A model generated the notes under the pieces. That model was given only the letters and a program-made list of their open reading frames with translations. It did no database searches and was not told the origin of the DNA. 64,000 nucleotides of DNA from Eledone cirrhosa (lineage: Eukaryota): NCBI GenBank assembly GCA_964016885.1, contig OZ024761.1, forward strand, positions 18,662,001 to 18,726,000, in the 5' to 3' direction. This document shows positions 40,613-54,115 of this stretch, piece after piece. The stretch's first letter is position 1; every line of letters starts with the position of its first letter. The translations under genes and the position numbers were made by a program.

Positions 40613-43600
40613 ATTTATATGCAGCCATCACACATTGTACATGTATGCCAAGAACACACAAGATCCAAAAGACTGTCTTAGCAATATCCGTTCCAGCTAT
40701 CTTGTGGTCAAACCTCAGACAGATCAACTTTGCTTTTTACCCTTTCAAGGTTGATAAGTAAAGTATCAATAAAGCACTGGAGTCGGTTCTCTCTCTAGAA
40801 GAAATCAACAGTGGGAGGGGGGGGGGGGGGAATGCTCAGCCAATTACACACACACAATGGTTCTCCTAAGGGGAGCGGAGAAGAATCAGTTAGGTAGGGC
40901 ACTCAATACATTAATGGAGACTGTTACCATAGTTTGAAATCATCAGGAATGCCCTGATGATTTCAAACGAAAGTTCCAACCTTGTAGAAACCATTTACAC
41001 ACACACACACACTATTTAAATATATAAATTAGAACCAAAAAGAATTGGTAATTCTACCATCCTCTCAATCAACTACCCCACCAAACCAAAGCCATGTCAC
41101 TCATTAGAAATTAATTATTACAATCAAGCTTTGTTGATAAATACACTAATGTCACATAACACTTTTCATCAATCGCATAAAAAATTAGGCTATTATCCTA
41201 AGGCAATCTAAAGACACTTAAAGCAACAATTTATACAACATTCCACCTTATACAGAGGTTATATTATCACATCTTAAACGAAAGACACATACATATTAAC
41301 GTTTTTTTCTCCCCCCCCCCTTTTTTTAAAGGCCGCTACAATGCAGATAAATATAAATTGCAATCGAAAGAAACCGAGTATAAAACCTCTGGAGAAGGAA
41401 AAAAGATGAGAGCCGCTTGCGGGAACCGAACCATAGAGGCTCCAAACACTTAAGTACATTACTATTACAGTGTATGTATATGACCTTTTCTTTAAAAAAA
41501 AAAAAAAAAAAAAAAGAGGAAAATTTTGTTGAAATTTCCAACTACGTACATACTCAACATCCATCCAAATTATATTATTACGACATAGTTAAAGCTACCT
41601 GTTTGAAGATAGAAAGAAATATGTATATATGCTGTATCTTTAAAAAAATGTGTAAATAGAAGGAAAGGTGAAAATAATTACGGGCGAGGTGTTAGCGCCT
41701 CCGAAAGCACGTGATATTAGTACGCTCATCCTAAATGTGGTTTAATTCCTAATTGATGATGTAAAGCGAAACGACAGAGAGAGAGAGAGAGCGAGCGAGA
41801 GGAAGGGAGGGAAGGAGAGGGAGTTGACATTATCGATATACCGACTGGCAGGCAGGCAGACAGAGACATCTTTAGAGGGATGGATGTAGGAAATGAAACC
41901 AACGAGGGAGGGAGGGAGAGAGAGAGAGAGGGGGGAGCAATGGAAACACGAAGGGGAGATGAAGATAGAGAGGAAAGACGAACAGAGAAATATATAGAAT
42001 GCGTGTGTGAGAGATTGAAGTTGGGGGTGGGGTGGGGGCAGTGCAGCAATTTTGTTAGTGTGCAATGGAACTGACATGGTGTACGTCAGTCGTTGAGGAG
42101 AGGAAGAGAAATCATTATTCCCAAACAATGAACTGATGTTGGAAACGTCTGTGAGTGTGTGTGTGTGTGTGTGTATAGGAACGTATATATATGTGTGTGC
42201 GCGTATGTATGTATGTATATACTCTCTCCAGCCTCTCTGATGTAACAATTTGAGATTCAAGTGAAGCATCTGTAATTCTGCTGTAACCCGAAACATTATC
42301 ACGTAGTTACATCTCTTGTTAAATGTCACACAACAGCAGAGAGACGGAGAGAAACTGGAGTTTTGTGTGTAAACACACAATTTGTAGGTGTGTACGTTTG
42401 TAGTTGTCTGTGTGTGTGTGTATATATATACACATATATAATACACACGTTCGATTCATTTATTTATTAACTACACATATATATATTTTTTAAATGTGCA
42501 CGTGTATAAGTATTTGTAGGCCTATGTATATATCTGTGAGAGTGTAATGAAGGTGTGTGAAACACGATCAAACGAGACCATCTCTCTACCAAGAACTATG
42601 AAAGAATTTTAACAATTTCGACAAGGATTATCGTAAAAATCTTACAAACAGAATGACATTCCTCTGTCATTTCATCTTTTGCTATGGAGAGGGAGAGAAA
42701 GAGATGGGAAGGGTTGTTTTTTTTAAATAACCCTTTTGATGTTTTTATAATAGCTTCGTTAACATAAATCCCTTCCCTCAATTATTTTAATCTACAAAGG
42801 ATAATTTTCATTATATTAGAATATTACAAGAGGAGTCCCACCCTTGCAAGCAGGGAAAAGCGGACGTAAAATGATGATGATGATGAGATAGAGATAAAGA
42901 GACATTATTATAAATAACTATATTGTTTGACCGTTGTAATTCTTGACTTTTTTACTACAAGACGCTTAAAGAATGGTAAATTAAAAACTTTTTTTTAAAT
43001 AAAAAAACAAAAAAAACTGTCATAACCAGAAGTTATACGCATTTAACTATCAAAGAAAAAAAAAAGGGGGGTTTCTTTTTCATATCAAACCACCTCTGGT
43101 TTTACAATAGAAATCAGTCTTAAAAGTATTTATATTTATTTAAGAAACTTCCCACTATAATTTTCATGTTAAAACCTTTAAGTTATGCCCCAAATAATTC
43201 AAACGGTAAAGTGGACCACTTCAAATTTATTTTTCAAAAGTTATTCGAAAATCGTAGGGGTCTGTGTTATTATAAATATGGCAACAGAATGGTTAAGATA
43301 AGCTAAAGTAGAAGCATTCGATGTAGCATATTACTGGTACTTTTGAGGGAGGAGAGGTCATCTTGAACTTTAATTCTTTTACTAGTTTCAGTTAAGAGAT
43401 CGCTGGGCACTGCCTTAAAAAGAAACATGTTTAATAAGACTCCTTCATAAATTACTGGCGCGGGGGACCAAAACCACCACCAACATGCGGGGGTCGGTTA
43501 AAAAGTTTATCTCATCTTTTTAAAATTTTTTTATTAATAACTGCATTGTTTCTTACCAGGCACAATGTTGAAAAATAAACCTCATTTGGTCATTCCATGA

Positions 43601-44354
43601 GAACATCTTGGCCAGCCGATCCTCGTCTATTGACATCACTCCCAACAAACACTTTAACCTATTGGGGCCACTGAGGGATCATAAAACCGTGCTAATTAAT
43701 GACATCTCACCGCATCCTCCCTATTAGTAATTAATAGACAAACTCCAGACAACGAGGGAGACTCCCCATTATGCGATCGCTCGTGCGCTATGCTAGAAAC
43801 TGCAGCGAAATTCTCCCTCAAATCACACCACATACAGCCTCAAGTGAAACATGAGTGTTGTTAAGTCACTGGCATTCACAAAAATCAGACGAGGAAGCTA
43901 CGGCTGGCTTAATTTTTCATTCATTATACACCTAAACGGATTTAGTTTTCAAATGAAAACTTAAATACCTACACTCATTCTAAGTCATTAGAGACCGCTT
44001 AATGTTATGTTAATTCAGTTAAACTATTTAATTTTATATATATATAAAAACCCTCCAGGGCAGTTCGGGGAAGGAGATAACCCCTCGCCGTTCATTCGAA
44101 CAGAATTTCTTTTTTAAATGAATCAAAAACCATATATATAAAGAACCCCAGCCCAGCATCGTACAGTTAAAAAATGATATGACTGAACACTAATATAATT
44201 TGGACCAGATAAAAATGCTGATGCAGTTAATGGATAAACATTTAGATGGTGTCTGCGAGTTAGAAAGATGATCTCGTACATACGTATCTGAGATGCGTTT
44301 ATGTATGAATGTATTTATGTGAAAAAGATTTAGTAGAGATGTGAGAGGGATGCG

Positions 44355-44440
<86 letters not shown>

Positions 44441-45685
44441 CGTATAAGAGGTATGTATGAGATGATTTTGCTGAACGAGAGACATTCGTTAGTATGTATA
44501 CGTCAGGTGTATGACATGACTTACTAAGTGTGAAAGGCATTCGTTAGTATGTGTGTGTGTGAGGGATGCGTTTAGTATGTATGTTTATGAGAAGGATGCT
44601 TTACTATATGTATGTAAAGGCGTTAGTACGCGAGAAGACTTTAGTATACATGTTTTTAAAATAGACAGATAGATAGATAGATAAAGAGAGATGCTTGTTC
44701 CCAGCACGAGAAATGATCGGAGTGTTTCAGTTTGAAAAGCTCCTCTCTGAACGCCTAGAATCGTCTAGAAGAAAGACGAAGCAAACATTGGGAGGCATTG
44801 GCAGATGAAAACCGACACTTGTTCGTCACTTTTGGCATTTTCCAGCATACACACACACACACAAGGGATTCTCGATTCTTTTAGGGGCGAAACATTCTAG
44901 CCCAGCCTCACTTTTCTCCTGACAGGGTGGGAACATCGCAAAGCAAAAGAAAAAAAAAAAACAAAAAAAACTAGCATTTACCGAAGTTTGACCTAATCAA
45001 GATAGAAATTAGGAATCAGAAATTAAAATCAAGACAGAATCTACCGTGTTTGTTTGCTTTTTAAATTAATATTATGTGAAATTGGCAGCATCCTTTCTTC
45101 TTTTCTCTCAAAATACGAAAATGGAGAAAGGCGCAATCGAACCTGGTTCACTTCTCCCATCGAATAACTTGGAGCCAATGTTATCTAGCTACAGGTGAAC
45201 AATATATTATCAGTTATATACGACAGCCAATTTAGGTAGAGACATGTACTTTTATTAAATTTTAAATCGATCAATAATAACAAAAAGAGAAGGAAACATG
45301 ACACTATATACATTTATATATATAGTCGTGTTTTTTTCCTTTCTTATATATGTCAATGAATGGAGGGGGGGGGGGATAATTTAACCCGTGCTTAAATCGA
45401 ATTCTTTTAAAATTTCGAATTCATTCCATAACGTTTTTTTTTTTTCATTCATATATATATATATATATACATACATACACATATGTATGAAATAAATTCA
45501 AATTCTTTAAAAACATTTTAAATACAAGAATACCTTTTCGTTTAAATATTATTGTTTTCACAAGAACAGGAATGAAATACTTTTATTTTATTTTCGTGAG
45601 ATCGGGGAGGAGGTGAAAGAAATTTAAAAATTGACGCCAAAAAATATAAATACTTTAAAAAAATTAAACAAAATAAAATACATAC

Positions 45686-45880
45686 CAATTCTGTTTGGAC
45701 TCGGCAAGAATCTTATTAATAAATTATTATTGATGCTGTTTTTTCCTTTCGTGTCCCTTTTTTCACCTTTTTTCGCTGCACAGTAGAATTGTTCTACCGC
45801 TTCTGGAATAAGGGGAACTGCTTGTTGCTTAGCAACCGAAAGAACTACCGCTGGACTCGACTTGCGTGCAGCCGAATAAA
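45686..45880 (-). other. Probable non-coding first exon (5' UTR) of the LC8 gene
   Basis: minus-strand G|GTATGT donor at 45686/45685 directly downstream of a CCAAT-box promoter; the LC8 coding exon begins at a splice acceptor and so needs an upstream exon; 5' end approximate. Confidence 0.6.
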
Positions 45881-45899
45881 AAAACAAAAAAAAACTTTC

Positions 45900-46200
45900 T
45901 AGCTCTTTGATTGGTCGGTAGAAGCGCTCTGATTGGTCGCTTTGGACGGCATTCGACAGTGGCTTATATCAACCCGTCATGCATTTCGTCGCTCACTTCC
46001 GTCTAATCATCATGGCCGACAGATTTGAAAAATAAAGTGTATAGTGCCACGAAGAAGGCGGCGATGGCAGTACGGGGAGGGGGCGGGCGGTAGAGAGAGG
46101 AGGTGACGGGGCAGGGATTAGTAAGAAGCGGGAATCGAAGCGAGGGTGGAGGAGGAGGATTACTGATGCTGTTACCATGGAGAAGAGACGCGCTTTTTCA
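45900..46200. promoter_or_regulatory. CpG-rich promoter region, probably of LC8
   Basis: two TGATTGGTC (CCAAT) boxes at ~45908 and ~45930, ETS-like CACTTCCG ~45994, YY1-like CATGGCCG ~46011, GC box GGGGCGGG ~46080, in an otherwise AT-rich context. Confidence 0.6.
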
Positions 46201-47789
46201 AATGCCGGTTCGGTCTTCTTATTTTCCACGCAACCAAACATGAGTTTGAAGACAATTCATGACCTTTACTTATAAAAAGACATTCAGTCAGACCGTAACT
46301 TTAAGATAAGCTCTCGATGTATATATGCTGGCATGTTTGTGTGGTAAAGGAGTACCCTTTCATATAAATATTATATATATATATATATAAATTATTAAAA
46401 AAATAATGAATAAACAAAGAAACAGTTCCTTATATTAAAAAAAATTCATTATTAAACGATCGTAAAATAATGAATTTTTTTTAATTTTTTAATATAAGGA
46501 ACTGTTTCTTTGTTTATTCATTATTTTTTTTAATAATTTATCTTGACTCTGTTTTCCGTTTATTTTTCACCGAAAGTAGTTTTTGAATGCATCTTCTCTT
46601 TTCATGATATCCGGATTACATCGAGTTCTTCATACGGATTGGACACTACCGTAAACTTTTGGTAGATTTATCTATATATATATATATATATATCTGCGTG
46701 TAAAATATTTCCGTAGAAATGGTAAAAGAAAAAAGTGTGCTCTATGTATAATACAGGGCTATTTAATTATGTAATAAGCAACACAATATAATATAATATA
46801 ATATAATATAATATATATATATATATAACATAGAAGGTGTGGTAAGATACCAGGTGGACCATAACGCACTAGAGTACTCAATACTTAGGGTAGTAGAGTG
46901 GCTAATAGAAAAAGAGTCAGGACCCCGACGGCTGAGCTCCAGCCGTTTCGACAGCTAGATCAGTCGAAACGACGGGAGCTCAGCCGTCGGGCAAGACTCA
47001 CTATTTAGCAAAAAATAAATCGAAATAAAAACATCTCCATTTCATTGTAATGTGGTTCCTCGTATATTGACATCACTCCCAACAAACACTTTAACCGATT
47101 GGGGCCATTGAGGGGTCATAAAACCGTGGTATAAACTTTTTAACCGACCCCCGTATGTTGGTGGTTTCGATCCCCGCGCTAGCAATTTATGAAGGGGTCT
47201 TATTAAACCTGTTTCTTTGTAAGGCAGTGCCACAGTATGATCGCAGTCTCTTAACTGAAAACCTTCCTTAATTTTATATATAAAGACTCTGCGGTGGCGA
47301 AACCGGGGTGACCGCTAATCGTGGTACACAATATATTTTTAAAATGTTTACACACACAACATTCATCTCATCTTACATTTCCCCCACAAACACAGAATTC
47401 ATTCTTCTGTTATAGTTCGCTCCCAACTTACTATTCCCGTGTGTTCGTCCGATGGAGGCACACGGCTTAGTGGTTAGAGCATTGGGCTTGCAATCAAAAG
47501 GTTGTGAGTTCAATTCTCAGACCGGGTGATGTGTTGTTTCCTTGAGCAAGACACTTTATTTCACATTGCTCCAGTTTACTCAGCTGTAGAAATGAGATGA
47601 TAGGGACTGGGGTCCCTATCATTCCACTGTAAAGTGGTCGTGGAGGTGCCACGTCAAAAAAGCACCCAGCACTCACTGTAAATGAGGTTAGTGTTAGGAA
47701 GGGCATCCAGCTGTAGAAATCAAGCCAGAATCAGTTCCCGTCCCACCCTTGCAAGCAGGGAAAAGCGGACGTAAAATGAAATGATGATG

Positions 47790-47822
<33 letters not shown>

Positions 47823-48007
47823 TATAAATATTAATAAAATAGATGTTCTTTTGATCAATTAAATTATATTTCAAAGGTACAACAGTACAACATATAATGA
47901 TACATGACATACCCTGAGATGTTAAATGGTTAAGATTTAATCAAGGTAGTCTTGATTAAATCTTAAATCTTAACCATTTAACATCTCAGGGTATGTCATG
48001 TATCATT

Positions 48008-48062
48008 ATATTTTGTCTGATGAGGACGTACTGTTGTACCTCTGAAATATGTATAATAAAAT
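48008..48062 (+). ncRNA. Hammerhead motif
   Basis: attttgt-CTGATGA(48017)-ggacgtac/tgtt/gtacctct-GAAA-tatgta-TA-ataaaat. Confidence 0.75.
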
Positions 48063-49176
48063 TTAATTGATCAAAAGAACATCTATTTTATTAATATTTA
48101 TATTTTAATATTAATAACTCTTGAAAATATTTACTTGTAGAGTGTTTCCAATCTACTGTAAAACTTATCAGGTTATATATATATATTTATTATAAGAACA
48201 GATTAAAGTTCAAACAAAGAATCGCTGCTTTCACCTTTAATGGGTTTATATATATATAATCCTTATCGAGCCCTCTTCGGATTTTAGTCTTCACAATTAT
48301 TATTACTATATATATAGGGCGGTGAATTGGCAGTATCGGTAGAGGGTTGGACGCCATGTTTTCTAGCATAGTTACGTCCCTTTACAGTCTGAGTTCAAAT
48401 CCCGCCGAGGTTAACTTTGCCTTTCATCCTTATGGGGTCGATAAAATAAAGTACCAGTAATGTACTTGGTATTTGCTGGCCTTGTGCCTAAAGTAGAAAC
48501 AATTATTACTATATATATATATAGAGAGAGAGAGAGAAAAGGTAAAGGAAAGAAGAGTGCTCTATGTATAGTACAGAGCTTTTTAATTACATAATAAATA
48601 TAATTATTCCATTATATATATATAGAGAGAGATTCCATACAATGGCGGTTTTCCCTGTTTTATTGATGGCACACGACCCCTCTCTCTCGTGTGTTACCCT
48701 TTCAACATATTGTATTTTAAAGAGCTCAGGATTCCTTTTCATTTGAGCACATAATTTACAGGGAATAACGAGAATCTATGGCTCCGTTAAATTATCGTGA
48801 TATATATATATATATGAGAGAATATATATTTCATTTCATTTCATTTGAGTTTGAGTCCATGCTCAGGCCAAGTCGAAGACTCCACTCTCAGAGTCTGGTG
48901 TGGTTGCCAGGTTGGATTCTCTGTTTAATTTTGACATGTGTAGGAGCGAGTTTGAGTCAGTTTGTGCTCATTGTGTATATCCTGGGAGATGGGGTTCATC
49001 TCTAATGGTGCTTAAGTATCTATCCAGCTGCAATTTGAATGATTCCACACTGCATCCTGATAGATTTCTGACATGTACCGGAATGGAGTTGAATAGTTGT
49101 GCCCCTCGAACCAACAGACTTGACTCTCGCAGGGTTTTTGCTGCCTGGCCATATGAGAGAATATATATATATGAGA

Positions 49177-49236
<60 letters not shown>

Positions 49237-49661
49237 TATGGGGAGAGGAGGGGTGTAATATCTCGACCGCGGCGCCAAGCGCTTTTGGCTTGTGTGTTCA
49301 GAAAGCCTTCTGAAAAAGCGTATACCCACTCTGTATCTTGCCATGCATCAAGTACTCCCATATTTATTTTCTTGATTTATTCTTTTAAATTGAGTCTGGC
49401 AAACCCTATTGTTCATAGCTAGTAGGTTTTTTTTCACCCTAGCGAATCTGGTCCCTTAGGATTTGAACACATATATGTATATATATATATATCTGTGTTT
49501 ATCTCTCTTTTATATTCAATTATATTACACGGCTCTGAAAAATCTCTTTCCTTGAGCTATTTAATTGTAAGAGACTATTTTGAGTTTCTAACTCAATATA
49601 TACCTTTGATATATTATTAAGTTTAGTCCCGGGGCGAGACGCTTATGAGATTTTATTATTT

Positions 49662-50185
49662 TTGGCGATGAGGTCAACTTTGCCTTTCATCCTTACGGGG
49701 TCGATAAAATAAAGTACCAGTAATGTACTGAGTAATTGCTGGCCTTGTGCCAAAAGTAGAAACAATTATTTTTGGCGATGGATTGGCAGTATCGGTAAAG
49801 GGTCGGACGCCATGCTTTTGACGCGTAGAGTTACAGCCCTTGCCATTCTGAGTTCAAATCCCGCCGAAGTTAACTTTGCCTTTCATCCTTACGGGGTCGA
49901 TAAAATGAAGTACCAGTAATGCACTGGGTAATTGCTGGCATTGTGCCAAAAGTAGAAACAATTATTTTTGGCAGTATCGGTAGAGGGTCAGACTTGCTTT
50001 CCAGCATAGTTACGTCCCTTATATATACGATCTGAGTTCAAATCCCGCCGAGGTTAACTTTGCCTTTCATCCTTACGGGATCGATAAAATAAAGTACCAG
50101 TCACGTACTGCGGTCAATTTGATCGACTTTTCCCTCCCCTCCCCCCAAATTGCTGGCCTTGTGCCTATATAAGAAACCATTATTT
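49662..50185 (+). mobile_element. Head-to-tail cluster of SINE family 1 copies
   Basis: three consecutive cores, each starting at the ttatttttggc end of the previous one. Confidence 0.8.
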
Positions 50186-50266
50186 CAAAGTACTGTAATG
50201 TGATCATCCCTTTGTTCAATTCTGAGCCTTATTTGAAATGGTTCTATGTATATATATTTATATATT

Positions 50267-50307
<41 letters not shown>

Positions 50308-50441
50308 CAGAGGTTATATTTAATTTGTTGGGATTCAACAAGCTTAACATTTTTTATAACTGATATAAAGCACTCAACAAGTGGTGGAGTATATATATAC
50401 AATATATTAACAAATGGAAACTATATTTATAAAACCATATT

Positions 50442-50507
50442 TATTTTATTATACATATTTCAAGGGCCACCAAGGCAAATTAAGGTGCGCTTTCATTAGA
50501 TAAAATA
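50442..50507 (-). ncRNA. Hammerhead motif (family A), core mutated (CTAATGA)
   Basis: family A element in a foldback at ~50305-50637. Confidence 0.55.
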
Positions 50508-50632
50508 CAGTACAGATTTGTTTTATAAATAAATATTGACATACCCTGAAATATGTATAATAATTTGCCTTGGTGGCCCTTGAAATATGTATAATAAAAT
50601 AAATATGGTTTTATAAATATAGTTTCCATTTG

Positions 50633-50707
<75 letters not shown>

Positions 50708-51396
50708 AATTCGAAGTTGGAAAGCAACGACAATGCAGGTTTGGACAGAGAAAATTAAAAAGCAAGAAATAGGGTTTGTTTTTTTTAACATTAATTTATT
50801 CATATGTTCTGATATTTCGAGATTAATATCTCTCCATAAAATGTATATTGATGCATAAACGTATGTTGATGCCCTAAGGACAGACACTGGTCTGTTAGAG
50901 ACGCAAGACATGGCAGCGATAATGAGGGACAGAGACTGCTGGAGAGAACTCGTCCATGGATCTCGGGAATTTTACCCGCCTTAGAATATATATATATATA
51001 TATATATAAGAAGTTCACACCTGGGGTGAGACGCTTATGAAATTTCTTTATTTTAAAGTATTATTATGTGATCTTCCCTTCGTTCAATTCTGAGCTTTAT
51101 TTAAGATGGTTCTATATATATTATATATTAAGATGGTTCTATATATATTATACATACATACTGGCATCTACTTGTTTATGGTAGGGCCAATAACGGTGTT
51201 CAAATACCATGTGATCTTCAAAAAATAATTCCAACGAGATCAATTGATGACAGTTTTTGTCGTCAGTTTTCATCATATAAGATTGTATTGTGCATTTTAA
51301 ACAACCTACAGTCACACACATACATACTGACCCTCTGAAACGACCGTAAAACAATGAATTAGTGTATATATATATATATAATTAGAATTTATGCAT

Positions 51397-51485
<89 letters not shown>

Positions 51486-51489
<4 letters not shown>

Positions 51490-51634
51490 AAATTCCGTTA
51501 TAACGAATTTTTCAGTATAACGAAATTTTAATCGCCAAGGTAATAACAAACAAACGCTCGATTTGTTTCGGTCGATCCCGTTATAATTAATTTTTCGTTA
51601 CAACGTGAATTTCGTTATAACGAAATTTCACTGT
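51486..51634. mobile_element. Pogo/Tigger-like MITE
   Basis: terminal cagtgaaatttcgttataacg-type inverted repeats with internal cgttataacg repeats. Confidence 0.55.
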
Positions 51635-51635
51635 G

Positions 51636-51720
<85 letters not shown>

Positions 51721-51939
51721 CAATGAAAACAAAAGGCGGATATTGGTGTTTAATTAGTTTACTGTCTTACGATCGTTTCAGAAATTTGATTGAATCATGA
51801 TAAATCGATATATTGATCAACTGATAGTGGTTATGCGACCGCATATTATTAGTCTCCCTGACTAATTATATACATACATATACATAGTATAAGAATAAAG
51901 GAACAAAGAATCAGTGTTGCATTATAACATATTTAATAA

Positions 51940-52029
51940 CATATTACATGTGTTTCACTGTCGATCAGCTCGAGGAACGATCTATTATTGATCGAACCTG
52001 ACTCTGAAATCGAAAGATCCTCAGATATG
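51940..52029 (-). ncRNA. Hammerhead motif with long stem II
   Basis: minus strand: catat-CTGAGGA-tctttcgat...atcgacagt-GAAA-cacatg-TA-atatg. Confidence 0.65.
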
Positions 52030-52880
52030 CCTCAATATGTAAGCTCATCTCTGATGTTATGTCAATATCTCCCAGTTACCTCACGGTTTACCAACAGCTT
52101 AAAAAATGGTTAATACAAACCTTAGATAATTTGCAGATAAAAAATGCATAAGATAATATACCTGCAATAACAACATGGCCAGTAATTCGGAGGAATTTAC
52201 ATTTAACAAACAAACACCTATTGACTATAAACGACTCAAAATAATCCCATGGTTAATAGCTGTGAGTAACAAACAACACATGCACATAAATACGAACTAC
52301 AACACAAAAACACTTAAATGAAAATCACATACCGAACTCTATCTAGTGCTTTACATTACACCTTACATAAAAAATACCTACATTATCACCACATGCTTCT
52401 CTAACAAATTGCACACTACCTTAAATGTTTATAACAAATATAACTGTGTTATTTCAAGCAGAACATCTTTTTAACTCCTGACTCTCTTGTGTTATTTCAA
52501 GCAGAACATCTTTTTAACTCCTGACTCTCTTTATAACAAATATAACATGCTTTAACACCCCACACAAAATATGTTTATTTCAACTGCAGTATAACTCTTT
52601 CCTCATACATGCCTTATTGACTGTATTGACTCCTGCATTGTACACCAATTGTCCTTGTTTATAACTCCTTTGCCTGTGTTTTTTTGCTTGTGAATTTTTT
52701 GCTTGTGCTTTTTTCTTTTACTTATACCTATTACACTTTCAACCAATGCTGCCTGTAATTGTGTTATTTCAAGCAGAACATCTTTTTAACTCCTGACTCT
52801 CCACATGATGCCTTTGACACTAATAACAACTATGTACCCTAAATGTTCTAAATGACTAGGATTCTAGTTACACGTTTTCG

Positions 52881-52946
52881 ACATTCCTTATGCTCTGATG
52901 ATTCCAGACTTCCCTCTGGAAGAAACAATTGTCAGCTAATAAATGT
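52881..52946 (+). ncRNA. Hammerhead motif
   Basis: gct-CTGATGA(52895)-ttccaga/cttccc/tctggaa-GAAA-caattg-TC-agc; 7-bp stem II, palindromic stem III, GUC cleavage triplet. Confidence 0.8.
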
Positions 52947-53233
52947 TCTAAACTAAAATTTGATCGTTTTAACACTTTGTATCTCGGCTCTGTAAAACAC
53001 TTGAAAATTTGCATTGAGCCTTTTGTCATACCAGTAACCGGCTAGTACTTAGTACTACCCTACATATTTATATCAAACATATATAAATATAAATATAAAT
53101 ATAAATATTACTATATATATATATATATATACATACATATAACTCCGAAACACTCACACACACGCATGTATATATATATATATATAAGAATTGTAAGCCA
53201 ACAGGTTAAAATTAACTTCGTTTATTCATAGTC

Positions 53234-53292
53234 ACTGTTATATGTATTTCGGTGATAAACATTATGCAACAGCTATGACCTCATCAGACAGC
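53234..53292 (-). ncRNA. Hammerhead motif
   Basis: minus strand: gctgt-CTGATGA-ggt...acc-GAAA-tacata-TA-acagt. Confidence 0.7.
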
Positions 53293-53562
53293 TAGAATTT
53301 GAACAGAATAAACAGAAAAAAACATAACGATGGAATAAAGCTTACTTCTGTTATCTCGAATTTTGATATGCCCAGTGCTGAAATTTGTTGTTGTTTTCTC
53401 AAGGCACAGGTATAATTTAAGTGGAAAATCAAATAATTTTATTTATTTCTACGTCCTTTTCAAATTAACAAAATACAATCGCTAAGTATAAATATTGATT
53501 GACAGATTAATCAAGCAATTGATTAAATCTATAAACAGTTGCAATCACATATCACAAAATCA

Positions 53563-53594
<32 letters not shown>

Positions 53595-53858
53595 AATTGA
53601 GTTTGAATTATTTTCCCTCATCTTACGTTAAGTATTTTTCCATTTTGACATTATAGTCACTTATATATTATGAAATACTGTTGGCTTCACGCTCACAATA
53701 ATTTCTATACTTTAATTTATATATATATATATATATATATAGTATTAATTATACTATTTATGGTTATGTAAATACAAAAACCTTTTGCAGTTATATGTAT
53801 TTTTTATAACAGGAGGTCATATAACAGGAGGTCATATAACTGTCCATTCATTAATAAA

Positions 53859-53906
53859 TTGCTCCGAAGAATCCAAACCTCAGTTTGGAGGAAACAGCTG
53901 TAAGCA
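53859..53906 (+). ncRNA. Hammerhead-like motif with variant core CCGAAGA
   Basis: tgct-CCGAAGA-a-tccaaac/ctca/gtttgga-g-GAAA-cagctg-TA-agca. Confidence 0.6.
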
Positions 53907-53937
53907 CAATAATGTTTTGAACAGTTCTTTGGTTCTT

Positions 53938-53996
<59 letters not shown>

Positions 53997-54080
53997 TAAT
54001 AAATGAACAGAGAACAAAAAACAGAGAGGCAGTACAAATGATATTAGAATTAGTTTCACGTTTGCGAGTGGGGGTTGGAG

Positions 54081-54115
54081 GACGACGTTTCGGGCATAAG
54101 CCCTTCATCAGGAGA
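54081..54115 (-). ncRNA. Minimal hammerhead-like core
   Basis: minus strand: CTGATGA-a-gggc/ttat/gccc-GAAAC-gtc-GTC; stem I pairing poor. Confidence 0.45.

Noticed and set aside
46157-46275. Plus-strand gene from a bidirectional promoter
   Set aside because: Only a ~32-codon ORF with no recognisable similarity or clear donor.
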